From Dehalococcoidia bacterium (lineage in GTDB: Bacteria > Chloroflexota > Dehalococcoidia > Lucifugimonadales > UBA3495), in NCBI GenBank assembly GCA_965203835.1, contig OZ241919.1, positions 694,140 through 758,139 of the forward strand: a stretch of 64,000 bases of DNA. The letters run 5' to 3'. Of this stretch, positions 49,690 to 57,112 are shown piece by piece. The position numbers and the translations under genes are program-made. Each line of letters starts with the position of its first letter. Position 1 is the stretch's first letter. The notes beneath the pieces are model-generated. The model was not told the DNA's origin and ran no database searches. It worked only from the letters and a program-made list of their open reading frames with translations.

Positions 49690-51396
49690 TCAGCGCCTTC
49701 CGAACTCCCGCTCCATGTGGACCGAGCTGAAGTGGAGCATTGTCGGCCGCCCGTGGGGGCAGGTATGGGGGTTGTCCGTGGCCTCCAACTGCTGCAACAA
49801 CGCCGACATCTCTGACTCGGTCAAGGCCTTGCCTGCCCTTATGGCGCTGTGGCAGGCTATCGACGCCGCCAGCACGTCCTCCTGGCGGCGCATCAGTCCC
49901 TCGACGGTCACCATGTCCAGGACGTTCAACAGGGCTTGGCCGGGCTCCTGGCCTGTCAGGATTGTGGGCACGGCCCTGACCAGATAGCCGTCCGCACCAA
50001 ATGGCTCCAGGTCGAACCCGTAACGGACCAGTTGACCGGAATGCTGCTGCAACGTCTCCAACTGGGCCGGGGACAGGTCAACCATCACCGGGTCCAGCAG
50101 CCTCTCTCCCGCTTGCTCCACCTCGGTTTGGCCCCGTATCTGGTCGAACAGCACCCGCTCGTGGGCGGCGTGCTGGTCCACTAAGAACATGCCGTCGGGG
50201 CCCTCCGCGACGATATAGGTCAGCTTCACCTGCCCAACTACTTTAAGCGGCGGCGCGGTCTGCCGGGGCGCCGCCGCGTCGGGCGGGCCGCCCAACGGTT
50301 CCCGCGGCTGCCCGGTGAAAGCCGTCCCCGGAAAGAAGGAGGCATTGGCCGCGGGCGGCGAAAAGGCCCGGTTAGTCCCCTCGCTTGGCACATGCAACGG
50401 AGGCACCGGCGACTCGGCCATCAGGGTAGCCCGCACCGCCCGCTGCAACAACGAAAACACCTTTCCCTCTTGATGGAACCGGACTTCCCGTTTGGTAGGG
50501 TGGGTATTTACGTCCACGTTCTCGTAGGGCATGGTGATATGGATGGCCGCCACCGGATAGCGGCGTTCGGCCAGAAGGCCGTGGTAGGCCTCTTCCAACG
50601 CAAAGGAGAGCATCCGGCTCTGCACCCAGCGGCGGTTCACGAAGAATGACATGTATGTGCGGTTCGAGCGGTGCAGATTGGGGGCGCTGATGAAGCCGTG
50701 CAGCCTTCCGTCAGGCTCTTCCGCCGCAACTTCCAGCATTCCTTCGGCGATTTCCGCGCCGTAAACGGCCAGCAGCGCCTCACGGGGCCTGTTGCTGCCG
50801 GACGTCGATAGCAGCCGCCGTCCGTCGGCTTCCAGTTGGAAAGCCACCGCGGGGTAGGCCAAGGCGTAGCGGCCAACCAGTTCCTGTATACGGGAGGTCT
50901 CGGCCGACTTGGAGCGCAGGAACTTCCGGCGTACCGGCAGATTGCCGAACAGGTCCGACACGTCGATCGTCGTCCCTACTGGGCACCCTTGGCCGCGGTC
51001 GTATGCCCTCTCTCCCCACAGAAACTCCGCCCGGCGGCCCGACTCAGCTTGGGACGTTCGGGTAGTAAGGACCACCCGCGATACGGCGGCAATGCTCGGA
51101 AGGGCCTCCCCCCGGAATCCGAGGGTGGCGATGGCGTCCAGTTGCTCCTGCGACTGGAGTTTGCTGGTGGCGTGTCGGCAGAAGGCGGTCTCTATCTCCG
51201 AGGGAGCGATGCCTTCCCCATCATCGGTCACCCGCAGCAACGCGACCCCGCCGTCCTTGACTTGGACGGTGATGCGGGAAGCACCGGCGTCCAGCGAGTT
51301 CTCGACCAATTCTTTAACGGCGGACGCGGGGCGCTCAATAACCTCACCAGCGGCGATCTTGCTGGCCAACTCCGGCGGAAGCACCTTGATGGGCAT
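49690..51396 (-). CDS. mutL: DNA mismatch repair endonuclease MutL
   Basis: IAAGEVIERPAS.VKELVENSLDAG, GFRGEAL, DQHAAHERV, ACH, CPHGRP. Confidence 0.97.
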   Translation of the reverse strand: MPIKVLPPELASKIAAGEVIERPASAVKELVENSLDAGASRITVQVKDGGVALLRVTDDGEGIAPSEIETAFCRHATSKLQSQEQLDAIATLGFRGEALPSIAAVSRVVLTTRTSQAESGRRAEFLWGERAYDRGQGCPVGTTIDVSDLFGNLPVRRKFLRSKSAETSRIQELVGRYALAYPAVAFQLEADGRRLLSTSGSNRPREALLAVYGAEIAEGMLEVAAEEPDGRLHGFISAPNLHRSNRTYMSFFVNRRWVQSRMLSFALEEAYHGLLAERRYPVAAIHITMPYENVDVNTHPTKREVRFHQEGKVFSLLQRAVRATLMAESPVPPLHVPSEGTNRAFSPPAANASFFPGTAFTGQPREPLGGPPDAAAPRQTAPPLKVVGQVKLTYIVAEGPDGMFLVDQHAAHERVLFDQIRGQTEVEQAGERLLDPVMVDLSPAQLETLQQHSGQLVRYGFDLEPFGADGYLVRAVPTILTGQEPGQALLNVLDMVTVEGLMRRQEDVLAASIACHSAIRAGKALTESEMSALLQQLEATDNPHTCPHGRPTMLHFSSVHMEREFGRR

Positions 51397-51405
51397 AACA
51401 ACGCC

Positions 51406-51843
51406 CTAAAAGAGAGGTACGGTCGAACCCTTTACCCGGTACTGGCGGTCCTCGGAACCGCCGGTGCTCAGGACCTCGCAAATTATACGGTAAATGCGGT
51501 CCATTTCCTGGTCGACGCTCCGCTTGAAGAAGTACGGCGGCACCCATACACCGCTGAAGGCCGCCACAACTTCAGGATAGTCGTCGATAACGAAATCAGG
51601 CTCGAAGGGGACCCCCAACTCGCTCAATCGCTCGTGGAAATGGTGGGTCGGCTTTTCGTAGACGCCCTTGATCAAAGGCTCCAGGTTATGCTTGCGCACC
51701 ACTTCCCAGCGCTCTCCCATCCCGGACCAGATGTAAATTTCGTGCCCGTCATCGTTCAGCTTCTGGAACGTCTCGATGGTCCCGGGCCTCAGGCTGTCGT
51801 CCAACCCCAGGATGGTGTAGTCCACGTCGAAGAAAATCTTCAT
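51406..51843 (-). CDS. Small HAD-superfamily hydrolase
   Basis: IFFDVDYT (DxD), LRPG, IWSG, K, FVIDD; 9 nt upstream of mutL. Confidence 0.75.
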   Translation of the reverse strand: MKIFFDVDYTILGLDDSLRPGTIETFQKLNDDGHEIYIWSGMGERWEVVRKHNLEPLIKGVYEKPTHHFHERLSELGVPFEPDFVIDDYPEVVAAFSGVWVPPYFFKRSVDQEMDRIYRIICEVLSTGGSEDRQYRVKGSTVPLF

Positions 51844-52046
51844 TGGCAAAGATTACCGGCTCTTTCTGTCAACCAAGACACCAATTTTGGAAACGTGATT
51901 ATATCGCAAATGACAGGGGGAATACAGCGCGCCATTTACTTGGAAATTGGCGTTGTACAAAAGTCTTTGCGGGGCGCGGGACTTCCCTGACCCCAAGGTG
52001 TTCTGTATAGTACACATATCATTCGGCCATCAAAGGACAAAAGGCG

Positions 52047-52430
52047 ATGGTAGCAACTGACCAAGTAATGGAGATATTCGCCGACGCTAAAACGGTCCAT
52101 GCGGCGGCATTGGAACGGCTAGCGGCAGGCGACATCCGAGACGCTGCTGAAAAGGCTTGGTGCGCCACCAAGCGGGCCACCGATGCGTTGATATTGGCCA
52201 GGGCAGGGACACTACCGACCATCACCTTCCAAACGTCCGGTGGAATACGTGCCTTGGGACAGCAGAACGACACGCTGGCGTCTTTACGCTCTCGTTATGG
52301 AAACATCGTGCATCACTTGCACGCGGACTGCTTCTACGGTGGTCAGTGCGAACCAATAGAATTCATAGCCGACCTTATAGGGTCTGTTTCCGACTATATA
52401 CAGGATGCTGAAGGGCAAGCCACAGAATAG
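52047..52430 (+). CDS. PaREP1-like / HEPN-superfamily protein
   Basis: GDIRDAAEKAWCA...LHADCFY; paralog of 17998..18381. Confidence 0.7.
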   Translation: MVATDQVMEIFADAKTVHAAALERLAAGDIRDAAEKAWCATKRATDALILARAGTLPTITFQTSGGIRALGQQNDTLASLRSRYGNIVHHLHADCFYGGQCEPIEFIADLIGSVSDYIQDAEGQATE

Positions 52431-52476
52431 CAAAACCCAGTCGGCTACTGCTGACAACGCCTGACTCGGTATAAGC

Positions 52477-52830
52477 CTAACCCGCCAGGGCGGCTTCGAC
52501 AGCCTTGACCGTGGCGCCCACCAACAGCTTCCCATCCATGCGGACGAGGGGCCGCCGCACCAGCCTCGGTTCCTTCAGCATCAAGGCCAATATTTCGTCG
52601 TCCGACAATTCCTGGCCGGCGAGGCCCATGTTTTTCAAAGCCGGACTGCGCCGGGCGAACATCTGGGACAGCGGCGTATCGCCGGCCAATTCCTTCAGTT
52701 CGTCCTCGGTGAACGGCTCCTTGAAGTAGTCCCGCTCTTCCAATTCAAAGTCGTTTTGCAAGAGCAACGCTCTCACTTTACGGCAGGAAGATCAACGCGG
52801 CCACCAGTACAGCGTGGCTTGTTTGCTCAT
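52477..52830 (-). CDS. ArsC/Spx/MgsR-family selenoprotein (UGA=Sec at 52794-52792, motif U-S-S-C)
   Basis: GGAGG RBS + ATG 52830: MSKQATLYWWPR-U-SSCRKVRALL, in frame with ORF 52776..52477 (RDYFKEP, EPRLVRRP). Confidence 0.85.
52759..52777 (-). promoter_or_regulatory. Putative bacterial SECIS element
   Basis: Minus strand GT-GAGAGC-GTT-GCTCTT-GC hairpin, starting about 16 nt after the UGA. Confidence 0.55.
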
Positions 52831-52904
52831 GGTCCCTCCGGTTCAAGGGCGATTTCAGGTCAGGGTCCGCCGCCTATTTTACTATCCCTCCGATGCGGAA
52901 GGCT

Positions 52905-55739
52905 TCAGGAAGAACCGGTGAGTTCCCGCGCTTTTCGTTGCAGTTCGTATAGGCAGTTGATGGCTTCCAAGGGCGTCAGGTTCGGAATGTCCAGCGCCTT
53001 CACTTCGTCGGCCACGGCACGGGCCGGGTCGAACAGGGGCATCTGGAGATCCGCCGCTTTAGGACTTCGCCGCCTGCCCGTCTTACGCTTGGCGTTGTGG
53101 CTGTCCTCCAAGTCTGCCAACACTTCCCAAGCGCGGTTTACCACCCCTTGGGGCAGGCCCGCCAGCCGGGCCACGTGTACGCCGTAGCTTTTGTCCGCGC
53201 CGCCAGGGACAATCCGGTGCAGGAACACCACATCGCCGTCCTCTTCGGTCACGGCAACGGTGAAGTTGCGCACTCCCGGAAGCGTCCCTGCCAGTTCGGT
53301 CAGCTCGTGGTAATGGGTGGCGAACAAGGTCTTGCATCCCAAGCGTTGGTCGTTGTGCAGGTGCTCTATGACCGACCGGGCGATGGAAAGGCCGTCATAG
53401 GTGCTGGTGCCCCGGCCAATCTCGTCCAGCACGACCAGCGACCTCGGGGTGGCTTGGTTCAGTATCGCCGCCGTTTCCACCATCTCCACCATGAAGGTGG
53501 ACTGGCCGGTGGTAAGGTCGTCCTGCAGGCCAACCCTGGTGAAAATTCGGTCCACCAGACCTATCGTCGCTTCCGAGGCAGGCACATAACTCCCAACCTG
53601 CGCCATCAGAACGATGATCGCCGCTTGGCGGATGAACGTAGACTTGCCCGCCATGTTGGGCCCGGTCAACACGACTATCCGGGCGTCGTCGTTGGACAGG
53701 TAAACGTCGTTGGGCACGTAGGTCCCCCGGTCCAGCAGCCGCTCCAAGGCCGGATGACGCCCGTCCTTGATGGAAATGCCCCGGCCCAAGTCGAGTTGAG
53801 GCCGCACGTAGCCGTTGGCGGCCGCCACTTCCGCCAAGCTTACGAACACGTCCACCATTGCGACGGCCTTGGCCAGCCTGGAGATTACGTCCCCCGTCTC
53901 GTTGATCTGTTCGCAGACTTGGCGGAACAGGGATCGTTCCATCTCCTCTATCCGCTCCTTCGCGTTCAGCACCAGCGATTCATACTCCTTGATTTCGGGG
54001 GTTATGTAACGTTCCGAGTTGACCAGGGTCTGCCGCCGGATGTAATGGTCGGGCACTTGGGCTTGGTTGGACTTGCTGACTTCGATGTAGTAGCCGAAGA
54101 CTTGGTTGTAGCCTATCTTCAACCCGCGCAGTCCGGTGCGCTCGCGTTCCGTCTGCTCCAAGCCCGCTATAAAACTCCTGGCGTTCTGGGAGTCGTGTTT
54201 CAATGTGTCCAGTTCAGGGGAGAATCCTTCGCGTATGACGTTCCCCTCTCCGGGACTGCCTACCGGTTCAGGGGCAATGGACCGATCGATAAGCTCGCAG
54301 ATTTCGGGAAGAGGGATCAGTTGCCGGCGCAGCCAAGCCATTCCATCCCCGCCATCCGGTTGGTCATTCCCGCCTTCCAACTCGCTACTCCCATCAATCA
54401 ACCCGTCATTCCCAACCAACTCATCGCTCCCGCCACCCGACTTGTCATCCTCGTCGTCCAACCCGTCATTCCCACTACCCAACCCGTCATTCCCGCGAAG
54501 GCGGGAATCCACCTCCGTAGGTTCGGCTCCTCGCCTTAGCGGGAAAGACGGTGCAAGCGTGGACGCCCCAAGCTGCTCCAGAATCTCGGGAACAGCATCG
54601 AGGCCGGTCTTCAGGGCGATCAACTCCCTTGGAGCAACCACCCCCGCCTTGATCCTGCCCAGAATGCGCTCCAAGTCCGGCACCTTCGACAAAGACGCCC
54701 CGGCGCCGGCCCGTCGGAACGCATCGTTGAAAAAGTAGCTCACCGCGTCCAAGCGCCTCTCTAGTTCCTCCAGGTCCAGCAGGGGTTGGCCTAGCCAGCG
54801 TCGGAGCAGGCGGCCGCCCATGGGGGTCCTGGTCTGGTCCAGGGCGTCAAGAAGGGAATGTTCCCTTCTGTCATTCCGCCCCGCGGTGAACAACTCCAGG
54901 TTGCGCCTGGTATTGGCGTCCAGGTCCATGAAGCCGGTGGTGGAATAAACGCCCAGGTTCAACAGATGGAGCTTGCCGGTCCTCCGGGTATCCCGCAGGT
55001 AAAGTAAGATGGCTCCCGCCGCCCGTACCGCCAAGGGCAGATGCTCGCACCCAAAGGACTCGAGGGACAGAATCCCGTAGTGGTTCAATAGGGCACGACG
55101 GGCTGTCTCAAGTTCGAAGTAAGTGTAATCAACTTCCGTGGGGGATTGTCCCGTATGATCAGGAAACTCGTCGTCCGAATCGGACGTATCCATTTCAGGA
55201 GACAAGACCTCAGCAGGCGATATGCGTTCCAATTCCAGCGGCAGTTGCGACCGGTCCAGTTGGGCTGCGGCGAACTCTCCGGTGGTTACGTCGGCGTAGG
55301 CGAACCCGGCGGAGTCTCCTTCCAGCACCACCGCCGCCAAGTAGTTGTTGACTTTCTGGTCGAGAAGGGAACTTTCCAGCACGGTGCCGGGCGTCACCAC
55401 CCGGACGACGTCCCTCTCCACCAACCCTTTCGACGAGTCCGGGACCGACAGTTGCTCGCATATAGCGACCTTGTGGCCGCGTTTGACCAGCTTGGCCAAG
55501 TAGCTTTCGACCGCATGGGCCGGTACGCCGGCCATGGGCACCTTTACGTCCTTCCCCATGCTGCGGGAGGTAAGGGTGATTTCCAGTTCCTTCGAGGCAA
55601 CGCGGGCGTCATCATCAAAGGTCTCGTAGAAATCGCCCATGCGGAAGAGGAGTATGGCGTCAGGAAAGGAGTGCTTGATCTTGAGGTACTGGCGGCGTAT
55701 TGGAGTCACAATCCATCCATTCCCGATGTATTGGGACAC
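52905..55739 (-). CDS. mutS: DNA mismatch repair protein MutS with low-complexity insertion
   Basis: FRMGDFYE, TGPNMAGKST, STFMVEM, DEIGRGT, FATHY, SYG..VA.LAG; GTG 55709 is an alternative start. Confidence 0.97.
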   Translation of the reverse strand: MSQYIGNGWIVTPIRRQYLKIKHSFPDAILLFRMGDFYETFDDDARVASKELEITLTSRSMGKDVKVPMAGVPAHAVESYLAKLVKRGHKVAICEQLSVPDSSKGLVERDVVRVVTPGTVLESSLLDQKVNNYLAAVVLEGDSAGFAYADVTTGEFAAAQLDRSQLPLELERISPAEVLSPEMDTSDSDDEFPDHTGQSPTEVDYTYFELETARRALLNHYGILSLESFGCEHLPLAVRAAGAILLYLRDTRRTGKLHLLNLGVYSTTGFMDLDANTRRNLELFTAGRNDRREHSLLDALDQTRTPMGGRLLRRWLGQPLLDLEELERRLDAVSYFFNDAFRRAGAGASLSKVPDLERILGRIKAGVVAPRELIALKTGLDAVPEILEQLGASTLAPSFPLRRGAEPTEVDSRLRGNDGLGSGNDGLDDEDDKSGGGSDELVGNDGLIDGSSELEGGNDQPDGGDGMAWLRRQLIPLPEICELIDRSIAPEPVGSPGEGNVIREGFSPELDTLKHDSQNARSFIAGLEQTERERTGLRGLKIGYNQVFGYYIEVSKSNQAQVPDHYIRRQTLVNSERYITPEIKEYESLVLNAKERIEEMERSLFRQVCEQINETGDVISRLAKAVAMVDVFVSLAEVAAANGYVRPQLDLGRGISIKDGRHPALERLLDRGTYVPNDVYLSNDDARIVVLTGPNMAGKSTFIRQAAIIVLMAQVGSYVPASEATIGLVDRIFTRVGLQDDLTTGQSTFMVEMVETAAILNQATPRSLVVLDEIGRGTSTYDGLSIARSVIEHLHNDQRLGCKTLFATHYHELTELAGTLPGVRNFTVAVTEEDGDVVFLHRIVPGGADKSYGVHVARLAGLPQGVVNRAWEVLADLEDSHNAKRKTGRRRSPKAADLQMPLFDPARAVADEVKALDIPNLTPLEAINCLYELQRKARELTGSS
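54337..54551. repeat. In-frame REP-derived insertion in mutS: inverted family-A pair plus about 7 degenerate 21-bp tandem units
   Basis: CCGTCATTCCCGCGAAGGCGGGAATCC (54484-54510), degenerate opposite copy at about 54525-54551, units such as AACCCGTCATTCCCACTACCC. Confidence 0.85.
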
Positions 55740-55833
55740 CCATTTTACCCCAAGTTGGGGCGCTGCGACGCTAAAGTAAAACCCACGGTTTCAACACCGT
55801 GGGCTTTTGCTGAAGCCGGGTTATCGAATTTGA

Positions 55834-56205
55834 CTAAAATGGTCTGGCTTTAAGCACCACTGGAATCAATTCTCTATTCGTTGTGTCGGCCACAAGGCCG
55901 AAATTTTCCAACGTGGTTGCACCAAGCAAGAATATATCCTCACTCCTGCCGAATATCACCGGACAAGGATGCGAACCCCATCCGGCAATTGAAATCATAG
56001 CCGTTCCCACAGGCCACGAATCTATCTCGCCGCTGCCAATCTGTACTCGCATAGGGCGCTCGTTTGGTTCTATCCCGATGCGACCCAAAAGGGATGCTGG
56101 GAACGTGGAATGGAAGGCCCCTGTATCAACTATCGCTTCAACTCTCACTCCCTCTGCATCGTTGTCTAGGTTTGCTACTTGTACGGCAATTCTAAATAGA
56201 CCCAT
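55834..56205 (-). CDS. Clan AA (retropepsin-like) aspartyl protease
   Basis: MG.F...V, AIVDTGA, LLGATTLE..GL..D; GAGGG RBS. Confidence 0.85.
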   Translation of the reverse strand: MGLFRIAVQVANLDNDAEGVRVEAIVDTGAFHSTFPASLLGRIGIEPNERPMRVQIGSGEIDSWPVGTAMISIAGWGSHPCPVIFGRSEDIFLLGATTLENFGLVADTTNRELIPVVLKARPF

Positions 56206-56317
56206 CGAATAATCCCTCTGAATGTCAAACAAACAGGCGACGGTGTTGGCTATTCCAGCCGAGATTTTCTGCGCTCCATAAAGTGCAAGAGGGCGAGTCC
56301 AAGAGGGCAACCGGGCG

Positions 56318-57085
56318 TTACTCCTTCCAGAAACGCTCTTCGATGAACATCCATCCTTGAGGGACCACCAAGTCCTTCACGTGGGAAATCATGCCCGGAT
56401 GACCGCAGGTGTAGACCATCGTGTCGTCCTGGGGCAGCTCGAACAGGTTGAGGTACTCTTCCACGAGGTTGTTGACCCTGCCCTTGGCCCCGGTCCAACC
56501 GGCGTTCCGCTCCTCGTCGGGCCGGCTGACCGTCGGCACGAAGTGGATGATGTCCGGATGGGCGGTTGCCATCGCCGCCAACTCTTTGTCGTAGGTCAGT
56601 TCGTCTTCATAGCTGGCGCCCAGGAGAATATAGAACTTGTGCTCCGTGCCGCCTTCATTGAGGTAATGGCGGGTCATGCTGATGGAAGGCGCGACCCCGG
56701 TCACGGTAGACACCATGAAGTGATGCCTGACCCGCCGGTCCATGGTGAACAGCCCTTTGGGGCGGGGCCGAATGGTCATCTGGTCGCCCGGCTTCATGTG
56801 CCACATCAAGGGGGTCAACTCCCCTTCGGGAACCAACTCCACGAAAATTTCCAGCAACGGCTCGTAAGGGGCCGACACAATGGAATATGCCCGCTCTATG
56901 CCTTCCAGCCCCAGGGTGCAGTACTGCCCGGCCTTGAAATGAAACGGCTCGGTTTCAGGCTCCAGCTTGATTATCATCAGGTCTTCGGTGATGTCGATGC
57001 GCTCCGCCAGCGTAGCCTTGGGCAAGGCGGCCCATTGCCGGTAGCGGCGCGTTTGAGTGTCGATCTGGCGTGCGTTGCTTGTCAT
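56318..57085 (-). CDS. Ferredoxin-NADP(+) reductase (bacterial Fpr type)
   Basis: FKAGQY, RAYSIVS, GELTP, TVTGVAP, VSRP, YTCGHPGM, ERFW; AGGAGG RBS. Confidence 0.92.
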   Translation of the reverse strand: MTSNARQIDTQTRRYRQWAALPKATLAERIDITEDLMIIKLEPETEPFHFKAGQYCTLGLEGIERAYSIVSAPYEPLLEIFVELVPEGELTPLMWHMKPGDQMTIRPRPKGLFTMDRRVRHHFMVSTVTGVAPSISMTRHYLNEGGTEHKFYILLGASYEDELTYDKELAAMATAHPDIIHFVPTVSRPDEERNAGWTGAKGRVNNLVEEYLNLFELPQDDTMVYTCGHPGMISHVKDLVVPQGWMFIEERFWKE

Positions 57086-57112
57086 GAAGACCTCCTGTCG
57101 TTACGGGGCAGA

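Noticed and set aside
54337-54510. Tandem repeats as a CRISPR array
   Set aside because: Units are contiguous and degenerate with no unique spacers, lie in frame within mutS, and no cas genes are present.
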